From Candidatus Aminicenantales bacterium (lineage in GTDB: Bacteria; Acidobacteriota; Aminicenantia; Aminicenantales; UBA4085), in assembly GCA_049515535.1 (NCBI GenBank), contig JBEKTZ010000007.1:62001-126000 (forward strand): a stretch of 64,000 nt of DNA. The letters run 5' to 3'. The notes below the pieces were generated by a model. That model was not told the origin of the DNA and searched no databases. It saw only the letters and a program-made list of their open reading frames with translations. Both the position numbers and the translations under genes were made by a program. Positions 19,257 through 29,111 of the stretch are shown here, in pieces. Positions within the stretch are counted from its first letter, which is position 1. The number at the start of each line of letters is the position of its first letter.

Positions 19257-22200
19257 TCATTTCACGACGATTTCGTCGACATACATCATGGCATTGGCGT
19301 TCGGTTGGCCGGCGTTCTTGTGCCACTTCGGCAGCGCCCCGACGTTCTTGGCTATGACGTGAATGAATCGACCTTGAGCGTTTTTAAGGGAAAAATTCAA
19401 GTTTTTGAGGGAAACGGGCTGGGCCGTCTCCGGAACGCCGTAGGACTCGGAAGCCGTGACCTTGTAATCCTTGTTGTCGGCCGAGAGGGAAATTTCCACG
19501 GAAGCCGGGAGGAAGATCCGGGCCTCGTTGTTTTCCAGACAGCCGAGCGTGATCTCCACGAGCGTCTTCTCCTGTCCCAGATCCAGAATCACGTCCAAAT
19601 CGATCCGGTCGAACGCCTGCCAAGCGCGGTCGGCGCTTTCGACGGTCGCCCGACGCAGATCGATCAGGGCCCTTTCCCCGCCCGCCCCGGCGCCTCTTCT
19701 AGCCGGCAGCGGGACGACGTATTGGATGCTCTTAACCGGCAGGGAACGGCTGAAATACGCGGTCGCCACGACGCTCGGCAATTTCACCCTGTCAAAGGCC
19801 GCCGCCTTCACGACGGCCGTCTGATTGAGACTGAGCGGCGCCGTGTATTTTGGGGAAGCCGGCGTCGGCAGGCTGCCGTCCAACGTATAGCGGATCTCGG
19901 AGGTTTCGTCCTTGGGGAGCATGACCACGGGCAGCGGCTTGTCATAATCGATATTCGCCTTTTCCGGCGAGATGAGAGGCGCCGGGCAGGCCGCGAAGCG
20001 GACATATTCGGCGGGGTCCCTGGGCAGCGTGTCGAAGAGAGGCTGGGCCGGCACGGTCGCGTCGTTGTCGTTGTGGGCGGCGGTGACGGCCAGCACCTTG
20101 ATCCGCTCATTGGCCGGAAGGGTGAGCTCTTTGGCGCCCTGGGGCAGATCGATTTTATATTTATAGAGGTAGGCGTAGGCGTAGGGCTCGTTGTCGCCGC
20201 TTCTCAGGTGCCGGTGCGTCGTGAAAAAGGCGATGTCGCTTTTGCGGACATAGCCGGGTGTCAATCCGGCATACTCGACCGTGTTCAGATCGAAATTCAA
20301 GTCAGCGGGTTTGACGCCTTCCCACAAGCGCCGGTCCCATTGTCCGAAATATCCGGACCAGACTTCGACCGGGATTTCGAACAAGGCGCCGTCGATCTTG
20401 AAGACGTTTCTGGCGGCGGCATCCTGCCCGCCGCGCGGTCCGCCGCCGCCCATCAAATCCGAGGCGGCGGCCAGAATGTAGAGTCTGTTGAAATCTCCCG
20501 CGGGCAACTTGACCGTCTGTCCCTGGCAGGAGACCGCATTCGCGGCCCCGTCTGCTTTGGGCCCCAGTTTGAAACGGATGTTTTCGCTGGTGATGACGTC
20601 GGGGAGCATTTCGGCGGGGAGCGATCTTCCCCGGCCGTCGAAATCGCCGTCGGCCTTGTGGGCGTCAAAGCTCATGACGTCGACGTTATACGGAAGCTCC
20701 AGGGGCGTGTTTTGGGGTGAGGCCAAGGCCTTGCCGGCCGGTTTGAGTTTCAGGGCGAACGTCCTTAAATGATAGGGGGTGATGTCGAAGACGAGCTTGC
20801 CGTTGCGGACGGAGGCGGCCGCCAAATCCTGTTCCTGGCCGTTGACTTCCCTGGCGGATACGACCGGCCCGGCGAACGACAGCTCGACGTTTTTCACCGT
20901 TTTCCCTTTGGCCTCGACGACCCGGACGATCAGATCGTCGCCGTTCTCCGCTTTTTTGACCGCGGAAACGACGACGCCCCGGTCATTGACCGCGAGGAAG
21001 GAAAACGCTTTTCCCAGCGGGCCGGGATGGGGCGCCGTCTGGAAGACCGTCAGCGGCTGGTTGATGCGGGCGGCCTGGAGGTTGGAATCGGCGGCGCGCC
21101 AGTCGCCCTTGTGGCCGTAAAGGGCGTAGAGGATTTCGTGTTTGCCGAAATCCTGAACGCGCTGCTCCCGGTAGGACGTCCTCACGCCCGGCGTGTATAA
21201 AAGGGTCAGCCGGACGATGTTGTCGGCCGGCTTGTCCGAGCCGTATTTGCAGTCTTCGAGGACCGAAACTCCGTAGCTCCCGTCCTTATGGGTCAGATCG
21301 AACCATTGGTGGGAGGGCACCTCGAACCGGACGGGCTCGTTGTTGCCGCGTTGGAGGGTGCCGACGCCGAACGAATAGGTCGCCAGGGGATTGGAGACCG
21401 AGAGAGGGAAGGCCGCTTTCAAGGACGATTCTTGGGTCGCCCAATCGATATGCGTGTCGAACTCGACCCGGTCCGAGCTTCCGTCGGCGGCCAGCCGGAT
21501 GGTCTGCACGAATCTGGAATGGCGGGATTCCCGATCGACTTCCAGGGCGACCCGGGCGGGGCCGTTTTCCGCGATTCTGATCTTCGCCGGGCCTTCGACG
21601 CAGCCCGAGGCTGGCTTGATCCGGTCTTCCCAATCCTGGTTCCAGGCCGGCCACTGCTGCGGCTTCTCATAATGAAATTCCAGTTTGATCGGAGCGGATA
21701 AAAGCTCTTTTTTCGCGGTCTTATCGAGGATGGAGACGACGTCTCCGTCGGCGTTGAGCTTCACGGCATATTTCGAGTTTTCGAGGGAAGAGAGTGTGAT
21801 TTTCAAGCCCGTCGCGAGGGAGCAGGGCGCGTCGGAAGGCCTCACGTCGAAGGCGGCGTAGCCAAGGGACGGGGTCTTGGCCAGGAAAAGGATCGTGATC
21901 TTGTTTCCCTCGACCTTCAAAACTTGGGAGGGGACTTCTTTGTTGTCACGGCTATAAACCTTGACCGCTTTGGGAGCGGCGCCGGGAAACGTCACCGCGG
22001 CCTCGACGATGTCTTCCCTCTCAAAGGCCAGCGGATTGAAGACCGCGAGGGGAACTCCTTGGGCTTGGGTGTCCATGGCCCGGGCCACGGCGCCCGAGGC
22101 GTCCGCGAAAATATTGGCGAATTGATTGGCGGCCACGAATTCGTCGTTCCAGGCGAATTCATAGGCTCGCGGAATGCTTGTCCCCGGAAGGATGTCGTGG

Positions 22201-23282
22201 AATTGGCCGCCCATGACGAGCCGCCAGGCCTCGTTCATTTTCTCCCTGTCATAGGCCATTCCGCCGAGCCACTCGCCCATGGCCGAGGAGGCTTCGGCCC
22301 GGTAAGCCAGCAGCTCGTTTTTCCGGTTCAGCCGTTTCTGGAAAGCCGCCGACGTGATCGAGCCGGCCGAATGGTTTGTCAATAATAATTCGCCCTTGTA
22401 CGTGGGGAGTTTCGCCTTCTGCGCGGCCGTGAGATCGTTGAACAGCTGGTCGGACTTGGCGGACACGACCTTGAAATCCTTGGCGTTGGCCAGGCTTTTC
22501 TCGATCCACTTGACGGAATCCTCGGTCGGCGATCCGCCGACGTCTCCCGTCCCGTAATACATGTAATCCGCGAAAACTCCGGTCTTGGCCCCGAGGTCGT
22601 AAATCCGTTTTTTCCAGCCCGCATTGAGGCTGAGGTCCTCTTGGACCCTCCCGCTGTAGTCGCCCGGGTTCAGGGCGGCGACGATCGATTCGCCGTCGGG
22701 CCCGATCCACAGGCCGACGTTGAACGGGATGCCGACGTTGGATCCCCAGGCCAATTTCTGCGTCGAGAACCCCTTGATGCCGCAGTGGGCCAGAATCGAG
22801 GGGAGGGAAGCGGGGAAGCCGAAACAGTCCGGCAGCATATAGTCGGTGCTCGAAACGCCGAATTCCTTCCGAAAGTAATTGCCGCCCAGGAGGATCTGCC
22901 GGATGATGGACTCGTGGGACGGGGCCAGGGCGTCGTTCTCCTCCATGGAGGACCCGGCGGGGAACCAGCGGCCCGCGGCGACCAGCTTTTTGACCTTTTC
23001 ATATTCCTGCGGATAGTATTCCTTCATCATTTTGTAGCGGTTGGCCCCGCTGAAATTGAAGACGTAGTCGGGATACTTCTCCATCAGCCGGAAATTCATG
23101 GCCATCGTGTTCCAGATGTATTCGTTGATAGTGGTCTGGTAATCCCACCGCCATTCCGTGTCGAGGTGGGCGTACCCGACGGTATATAACACCTTGTCCT
23201 TCGACAGATCGTTCGACTGCGGGTAGATCGCGATCGAAACAAAAACGAGCAAAGCCAGGCCGACGCGAAAAATGGTTTTCAT
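19257..23282 (-). CDS. Secreted GH38 alpha-mannosidase with C-terminal FN3/chitobiase-like and discoidin-like domains
   Basis: AHLDTEWRW, LPDCFG, FHDILPG, EIRYTLDGSLP; signal peptide. Confidence 0.92.
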   Translation of the reverse strand: MKTIFRVGLALLVFVSIAIYPQSNDLSKDKVLYTVGYAHLDTEWRWDYQTTINEYIWNTMAMNFRLMEKYPDYVFNFSGANRYKMMKEYYPQEYEKVKKLVAAGRWFPAGSSMEENDALAPSHESIIRQILLGGNYFRKEFGVSSTDYMLPDCFGFPASLPSILAHCGIKGFSTQKLAWGSNVGIPFNVGLWIGPDGESIVAALNPGDYSGRVQEDLSLNAGWKKRIYDLGAKTGVFADYMYYGTGDVGGSPTEDSVKWIEKSLANAKDFKVVSAKSDQLFNDLTAAQKAKLPTYKGELLLTNHSAGSITSAAFQKRLNRKNELLAYRAEASSAMGEWLGGMAYDREKMNEAWRLVMGGQFHDILPGTSIPRAYEFAWNDEFVAANQFANIFADASGAVARAMDTQAQGVPLAVFNPLAFEREDIVEAAVTFPGAAPKAVKVYSRDNKEVPSQVLKVEGNKITILFLAKTPSLGYAAFDVRPSDAPCSLATGLKITLSSLENSKYAVKLNADGDVVSILDKTAKKELLSAPIKLEFHYEKPQQWPAWNQDWEDRIKPASGCVEGPAKIRIAENGPARVALEVDRESRHSRFVQTIRLAADGSSDRVEFDTHIDWATQESSLKAAFPLSVSNPLATYSFGVGTLQRGNNEPVRFEVPSHQWFDLTHKDGSYGVSVLEDCKYGSDKPADNIVRLTLLYTPGVRTSYREQRVQDFGKHEILYALYGHKGDWRAADSNLQAARINQPLTVFQTAPHPGPLGKAFSFLAVNDRGVVVSAVKKAENGDDLIVRVVEAKGKTVKNVELSFAGPVVSAREVNGQEQDLAAASVRNGKLVFDITPYHLRTFALKLKPAGKALASPQNTPLELPYNVDVMSFDAHKADGDFDGRGRSLPAEMLPDVITSENIRFKLGPKADGAANAVSCQGQTVKLPAGDFNRLYILAAASDLMGGGGPRGGQDAAARNVFKIDGALFEIPVEVWSGYFGQWDRRLWEGVKPADLNFDLNTVEYAGLTPGYVRKSDIAFFTTHRHLRSGDNEPYAYAYLYKYKIDLPQGAKELTLPANERIKVLAVTAAHNDNDATVPAQPLFDTLPRDPAEYVRFAACPAPLISPEKANIDYDKPLPVVMLPKDETSEIRYTLDGSLPTPASPKYTAPLSLNQTAVVKAAAFDRVKLPSVVATAYFSRSLPVKSIQYVVPLPARRGAGAGGERALIDLRRATVESADRAWQAFDRIDLDVILDLGQEKTLVEITLGCLENNEARIFLPASVEISLSADNKDYKVTASESYGVPETAQPVSLKNLNFSLKNAQGRFIHVIAKNVGALPKWHKNAGQPNANAMMYVDEIVVK

Positions 23283-23556
23283 GGAATCACCTCGGTTGAG
23301 ATTTGACGAAAAGGACGGATATTCCGGTTTTTTCTTGGGGACGATTTCTTTTCCTTCAATGTCCGGGCATCCCGAGATCGAACATGGGCAAACTATAATC
23401 CACTCCGTCGATTTGTGTCAATGAATGGGGCCGGCGGACCGGGGTGCCGTTTCGGGGACATGATTTCCTGTCCCCATGGGATCCTCTTTGCCGCCTCCTC
23501 CGGAAGTTGACAAGCGGGGGCCGTTCCCTCTAGGATAACATCGGCCGCGGCGGCCG

Positions 23557-24270
23557 ATGTTTGCCATGCCCGATCAAGAATCTGTCCACGAGTTCTTCGA
23601 TCTCGTCGCCGTCGTCATCCCCGCCAAGGACGAGGAAAAAACCATCGGCGGGATCGTCGAAAAAACGAAGAAATACGCGCGGGACGTCATCGTCGTCGAT
23701 GGGCATTCCGTGGACGCCACGTCGTCCGAGGCCCTCAAAAAAGGGGCCGTCGTCATCCGGGACCATGGCCTCGGAAAAGGCGACGCGATCCGCTCGTCCA
23801 TCCCCATGATTACAAAGAAGTTCGTGATCTTTCTGGACGGTGACGGCTCCCATGACCCGGACGACATTCCCAGGCTGATGGAGCCGCTCTTGAAAAACGA
23901 GGCTGATCATGTCTCCGGCTCGCGGCTCCTCGGCGGCTCGAGCGAACTCCACGGCGGGTTCGACGAGTTCTTGCGGCTGATGGGGAGTTCTCTCATCACG
24001 GCCCTCATCGGCTGGAAATTCAAGATCCGGATCAGCGAAAGCCAGAACGGCTTCCGGGCCATAAAAACGGACGTCTTGAAGGATCTTGGCCTCAAAGAAA
24101 ACGGGACGACGGTCGAGCAGGAGATGATCATCAAGACCTTGAAAAAAGGATATCGGCTGGCGGAGGTTCCCGCCCACGAATACCGCCGCACATTCGGCGT
24201 TTCGCACATCAGGATCGGAAAAGTTTGGTGGCGCTATCTTTATTCTTTGATCAAGAACCTTTTATTTTAA
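23557..24270 (+). CDS. GT2 glycosyltransferase, polyprenyl-phosphate sugar synthase (DPM1/ArnC-like)
   Basis: VIPAKDE, VVDGHSVD, GKGDA, LDGDGSHDP, GSR, SQNGFRA. Confidence 0.88.
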   Translation: MFAMPDQESVHEFFDLVAVVIPAKDEEKTIGGIVEKTKKYARDVIVVDGHSVDATSSEALKKGAVVIRDHGLGKGDAIRSSIPMITKKFVIFLDGDGSHDPDDIPRLMEPLLKNEADHVSGSRLLGGSSELHGGFDEFLRLMGSSLITALIGWKFKIRISESQNGFRAIKTDVLKDLGLKENGTTVEQEMIIKTLKKGYRLAEVPAHEYRRTFGVSHIRIGKVWWRYLYSLIKNLLF

Positions 24271-25710
24271 ATGGGCTTCAAGATTCTCCTCGTCAACCCG
24301 CCCTTCGACCGGGGAAAGGGGTATAACCGGGAAGGCCGGTGCACGCAGGAGGCGGGGTTCTGGGCGACGCCCTGGCCCCCCTACTCCCTGGCCATGCTCG
24401 CGGCCGTCCTGCGGGAGGGAACGAGCGTCAGGATCCTGGACTGTCCGGCCCAAAACGTTTCGGAAAACGCATTATCGGCCATGATCGCGCGGGGCGTTCC
24501 CGATATCGTCATGGCCTCGGTCGGCACGGAAACCATCGAGAGCGATCTCGCAGCGCTCGCGAAGATCAAGAAGCTGCCCGTCAAGCCGGTCATCATCATC
24601 TTCGGCGTGCATGCGACGGTCTTCGCCGAGGACATTCTCAAAAACAGCGCCGTGGATTATGTCGTGCGAGGCGAGCCCGAAGAAACGGCCAGCGAACTCG
24701 TTGGGGCTCTGCTCGGCAAGCTCGATCCCGAACAGGTCAAGGGCATCGCCGGACGATCGGCTTCAGGACGGATCTTCATGACGGTTCCCCGCGATGTCAT
24801 CCGGGATCTGGACGCGCTTCCCTTTCCCGCCTGGGACCTGGTCGATCTGGACCGCTACCGGCTGCCCGGGTCGAAGCGCAAATTCATCCTGGTCAACACG
24901 TTGCGGGGCTGCCCTTTCCCCTGCGTATTCTGCACCGCGCGGGCCTATTACGGCTCCCTCGCCCGGCTTCGCTCCGTTCAAAACGTCCTCGAGGAGATCG
25001 AAGCCGGCATCGTTCGCCACGGGATCAGGGACGTTTTTTTTTGGAGCGACACCTTCACCCTAGTCCGCGAGCAGGTCAAGGAGCTATGCGCGGGAATTGT
25101 TAGCCGGGGGATGAAAATCCGCTGGGTGGCGAACAGCCGCGTGGACACGGTCGATCCGGAACTGCTCGACCTCATGAAAAAAGCGGGCTGCTGGCTCCTG
25201 AGCTACGGCATCGAATCCGGCGACGACCGCGTTCTGGAGAGGAGCGGCAAGAAGATCACGGTGGCTCAAGTCGAACGGGCGGTGGCATGGACCAGGGCCG
25301 CGGGCATAAAGAGCGCTGGGCATTTTATTTTCGGCCTCCCCGGCGAAACGGAGGAGACGGCGCACAAGACGATCGGACTGGCCCGCAAGCTGGATTTGGA
25401 TTTCGCCCAGTTCTACGCGGCGGTGCCGTATCCGGGATCGGCTCTCTTCGATGAGGCCTCGCGCGAAGGCCGGATCCGGGACAATTCCTGGAGATCGTTC
25501 AATCAGGCCGATTTCGTCATGGGCCTTCCCGGCATCTCCCGGGCGGCCCTTTACAGGATGAGAAGAAAAGCCTATCATGCTTTTTATTTCAGGCCGAGAA
25601 CCCTGAAAACAGCGCTGTCCCAGGCTTCCTTGCGGGGTCCGATCTCAAGCGGAGCGCGCGCCGTGAAAAAGCTCTTCAAAAAAACATCTTTGAAGTGGGA
25701 TGAAGAATGA
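24271..25710 (+). CDS. B12-binding radical SAM protein
   Basis: N-terminal B12 domain (GVHAT, VRGEPE); RGCPFPCVFC; GIESG; GLPGET; PYPGS. Confidence 0.9.
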   Translation: MGFKILLVNPPFDRGKGYNREGRCTQEAGFWATPWPPYSLAMLAAVLREGTSVRILDCPAQNVSENALSAMIARGVPDIVMASVGTETIESDLAALAKIKKLPVKPVIIIFGVHATVFAEDILKNSAVDYVVRGEPEETASELVGALLGKLDPEQVKGIAGRSASGRIFMTVPRDVIRDLDALPFPAWDLVDLDRYRLPGSKRKFILVNTLRGCPFPCVFCTARAYYGSLARLRSVQNVLEEIEAGIVRHGIRDVFFWSDTFTLVREQVKELCAGIVSRGMKIRWVANSRVDTVDPELLDLMKKAGCWLLSYGIESGDDRVLERSGKKITVAQVERAVAWTRAAGIKSAGHFIFGLPGETEETAHKTIGLARKLDLDFAQFYAAVPYPGSALFDEASREGRIRDNSWRSFNQADFVMGLPGISRAALYRMRRKAYHAFYFRPRTLKTALSQASLRGPISSGARAVKKLFKKTSLKWDEE

Positions 25711-27398
25711 TCATTCTGGGAATTTGGGACGGGCACGACGCCGGGGCCGCGCTCATCCGGGACGGCGAGATCGTCTTTGCCGCGAACGAGGAGCGGTTCA
25801 CCCGCAAGAAGCTCGATGTCGAGTTCCCCTCGCTTTCGATCCGTGAAGCGCTGAAGTTCGCGGCCCTCCGGCCCGAGGACGTGACCTGCGTCGCGATCTC
25901 CACTTCGGATTTCGCCAAGACCCTGACCCGCGTTTTTCCCGGCCTTAAGCGCCGCTATTATCTCGTTCGGAGAAGAAAAATCGCGCCGTCCTTCCTGAAC
26001 GGGATCGGCAAAAAGGCGAAATATGCCCTGACCGAGATCGGGCCGAGCCGGATGACGAAATGGATCAGCTCCCGGGCCGTCGAAAAATCGCTCTCGAAAT
26101 TGGGATTCGGCCATGTCGAACTCGTCTGGGTCGAGCACCATCTGGCCCACGCCGCAGCCGCGGTCGGGACGAGCCCGTATGAAAAAGGGCTGTTCTTGAG
26201 CCTCGACGGCATCGGCGACGGCCTCTCGGGGATGATCGGGACCTTCGCCGGCGCGAAGCTCGAAGTCCTCAAGCGGTTCTCCGGGAAGAACTCGCTGGGC
26301 CTGTTTTTCGAGCATGTCACGAACCTCCTCAATATGCGGGAGCTCGAGGACGAAGGCAAGGTCATGGCCCTGGCGGGCTTCGGCTATCCCGTGCCCGACG
26401 ACGAGAACCCGCTCATGGCCTGGTTCGAGACGGACGGCTGCGATCTCCGCTCGAAATATCATTCCTGGAAGCTCCATGAGAAGCTCGAGAAGATCCTCTC
26501 CCTTTATCCCTCCGAACAATTCGCCTATATGGCCCAGCGCGTCCTGGAGGCGAACATCGTCAAGCTGGTCGAAAACGCCTGCCGCGCCACGGGCCTGTCC
26601 GATATCGTCTACGCCGGAGGCGTCGCGTCCAATATCAAAGTGAATATGTTGCTGAAGAATTCCGGGGCCGTGAAGAACCTCTATGTCTTTCCGCATATGG
26701 GCGACGGAGGGCTCGCCCTCGGAGCGGCCGTCTTCGCGGGTCAGACGCGGCAGGGGATTTCCCGCTATCCGCTCGAGGACCTGTTTCTGGGCCCGGAATA
26801 TTCAAGCGCAGAGGTCGAGGAGGAAGTCCGGAAATCGGGCCTTTCTTATCGGAAAATGGAACGCATCGAAGACAAAGTCGCCGATCTCATCCGCGATGGG
26901 CAAATCGTCCTCTGGTTCCAAGGCCGGATGGAATACGGGCCGCGCGCCCTGGGCCACAGGAGCATCCTGGCCCTTCCCGGCAGCCTCGCCATCAAGAACA
27001 AGCTGAATATTTATCTGAAAAAAAGGGTCTGGTACCAGCCATTCTGTCCGACGATGCTCGCCGACGCCGCGGCGGAAATGCTGGACGATGACGGTGGCAA
27101 CGGCAATCCCTTCATGACGATCGGCTATCGGATCAAGGACCGTTACGCCGACCGCCTCGCGGCCGTCATCGGCGCCGACAATTCCTGCCGGCCCCAGATC
27201 CTCGTGGGAGACACGTCGCGCTACGGCCGGCTGCTCGAGAAGATCAAGAACCTCACGGGTTTCGGCGTCGTGCTCAATACGAGCATGAACAAGCACGGCG
27301 AATCGATCATCAACAGTCCCCGGGAGGCGCTCGCTCTTCTCGCCGACAGCCGGTTCGAAACCCTGGCGATCGAGGACTTTTTGGTTTGGAAAAAATAA
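25707..27398 (+). CDS. NodU/CmcH-family O-carbamoyltransferase
   Basis: HDAGAAL, EERFTR.K, HHLAHA, DG.GD, EGKVMALA, EYGPRALGHRS, LNTS.N.HG. Confidence 0.92.
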   Translation: MIILGIWDGHDAGAALIRDGEIVFAANEERFTRKKLDVEFPSLSIREALKFAALRPEDVTCVAISTSDFAKTLTRVFPGLKRRYYLVRRRKIAPSFLNGIGKKAKYALTEIGPSRMTKWISSRAVEKSLSKLGFGHVELVWVEHHLAHAAAAVGTSPYEKGLFLSLDGIGDGLSGMIGTFAGAKLEVLKRFSGKNSLGLFFEHVTNLLNMRELEDEGKVMALAGFGYPVPDDENPLMAWFETDGCDLRSKYHSWKLHEKLEKILSLYPSEQFAYMAQRVLEANIVKLVENACRATGLSDIVYAGGVASNIKVNMLLKNSGAVKNLYVFPHMGDGGLALGAAVFAGQTRQGISRYPLEDLFLGPEYSSAEVEEEVRKSGLSYRKMERIEDKVADLIRDGQIVLWFQGRMEYGPRALGHRSILALPGSLAIKNKLNIYLKKRVWYQPFCPTMLADAAAEMLDDDGGNGNPFMTIGYRIKDRYADRLAAVIGADNSCRPQILVGDTSRYGRLLEKIKNLTGFGVVLNTSMNKHGESIINSPREALALLADSRFETLAIEDFLVWKK

Positions 27399-29056
27399 AG
27401 CGCTTCGCGCCGCTCGCCCCGATCCCGGTCTTGTTCGCGATCTATGCCTTGGCCTTCTCCGAAGATCCGAGCCGGATCATCGAACGCCTGAAATTCCTCT
27501 CTCCCCTTTTCCTGGCCATCGCGTTTTTTTTGTTCGTCGCCTTGTTCGTCGTCTCCCGGAAGGATCTCCTCGAGCCGTTTTCGTCCGTCTCGCGGGGCGA
27601 GGGGCTCATCCTCGCCGCGGTTCTCGTTTTCGCTTTCGGCCTCGCTTTTTTCGTCGCGCCGAAAACCCACCGGATCTATTACGACGAGAACATCTACCTC
27701 CATATCGGTCAGAGCATCGCCTCGACGCAGAAAGCCCAGATGGTCAATTTCGGCGAAATCAAGGACGGCCGTCTCCTGGTGAGCCAGGGGGAATACAACA
27801 AGCAGCCGAACGCCTATCCCTTCCTGTTGAGCCTTTTCTACGGGATCTTCGGCCGGAGCGAAAACCTCTCGTTCTTCATCAACAATCTCTTCTTCCCCTT
27901 GTCCTGCCTCCTCGTCTTCGGCATCGGATTTCTCCTGGGCGGGAGGGCCAAGATCGGGCTCTACGCGGCCTCCGTTTTCGCCGTCGTCCCGCAGAACATC
28001 CTCTGGCACAACACGACTTCCGTCGAACCGGCGAACACGTTTTTCCTCGGCCTGACCGTTTTCATTTTTCTCGTCTTTCTGAGATCCGGAAAAAGACGTC
28101 TGTTCTTCCTGGCCGCGGCAGGGGCCTGTTTCGCGGTCCAATTCCGCCTGGAGTCCGGCCTCATTTTCCCTCTGCTCGCGGTGCTGGCTTTCATCGAAAA
28201 CCCGAAGGCCATGAAACGGGCCGACGTTCTTTACGCACTTTCCCTCGGCCTGTTTCTTCTGCTTCCTCATGCCATGCATCTCTATTGTTTCCAAGGACAT
28301 CCATGGGGGGCGGGCCAGGACAAGTTTTCTATCTTCTATGTCCGTCCCAATCTCCTGAGCAACGGGCTGTTCTTCTTCGATAACAAGGATTTTCCCGTCG
28401 TGCTGACGGCCTTCTTTTTCGTCGCGCTCTTTGCCCGGCGCCTGGCCAAGGAAAAGATCATCCTCCTTTTTTGGCTTCTTTTTTTCTGGGGCGTCTTTCT
28501 CTTCTTTTACGCGGGGAGCTATCATTACGGCGCCGATGTCCGATTCGTCCTGATGGCGCTTCCTCCGTTCAGCCTTCTGGCGGGCATCGGGCTTTCTACG
28601 TTCGACGGCGTGATCAAAAGACTCACCGGGAAAAATTATCCGCTGGCCGCGGGCGTCATCCTCCTGGCGTTTCTGTCGTTCTTGCCCGAGGCCCTGGCCG
28701 TCGGAGAAGAGGCCTGGGCGGCCAGGGCCGATCATCAATACGCTAAGGCCATGGTCGAAAAACTGCCCGCGGACGCCATCGTCTTTACCCACAATCCGAG
28801 CCTCTTTCTTTTCTGGGGGAGAAGCGCGGCCCAGGCCTCGATCCTGGCCGGCTGCGATCAGGCCCGCCTGGAGAGCTGGAAGGCGCAATTTCCGGGCGGG
28901 ATCTTTTTTCATTTCAATTTCTGGTGCAACGTGAGCGACCCGGTTCAGCAGAGCTTCTGCGCGAGAATTCTGGAGAAATTCCGCCATCACGAGGTCCTGA
29001 AATTCAAGGAGAGGGACTACACGTATATTTTATTTAAAATCGATGGAATAAATTGA
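27386..29056 (+). CDS. GT-C fold (ArnT/PMT-like) membrane glycosyltransferase
   Basis: About 12 TM helices; periplasmic YYDE..Y loop; RF late in the protein. Confidence 0.75.
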   Translation: MEKIKRFAPLAPIPVLFAIYALAFSEDPSRIIERLKFLSPLFLAIAFFLFVALFVVSRKDLLEPFSSVSRGEGLILAAVLVFAFGLAFFVAPKTHRIYYDENIYLHIGQSIASTQKAQMVNFGEIKDGRLLVSQGEYNKQPNAYPFLLSLFYGIFGRSENLSFFINNLFFPLSCLLVFGIGFLLGGRAKIGLYAASVFAVVPQNILWHNTTSVEPANTFFLGLTVFIFLVFLRSGKRRLFFLAAAGACFAVQFRLESGLIFPLLAVLAFIENPKAMKRADVLYALSLGLFLLLPHAMHLYCFQGHPWGAGQDKFSIFYVRPNLLSNGLFFFDNKDFPVVLTAFFFVALFARRLAKEKIILLFWLLFFWGVFLFFYAGSYHYGADVRFVLMALPPFSLLAGIGLSTFDGVIKRLTGKNYPLAAGVILLAFLSFLPEALAVGEEAWAARADHQYAKAMVEKLPADAIVFTHNPSLFLFWGRSAAQASILAGCDQARLESWKAQFPGGIFFHFNFWCNVSDPVQQSFCARILEKFRHHEVLKFKERDYTYILFKIDGIN

Positions 29057-29111
29057 CAGCCGGTCGGCGTCCATATAATACTGTCATTTCATTATCGTTC
29101 AAGGAGGGCCC

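Noticed and set aside
19111..19326. Recurrent peptide NQPIRLP.LKPGV.SGLILSGA in several minus-strand ORFs
   Set aside because: Only the translation of the repeat; element length is not a multiple of 3 and there are no initiation signals.
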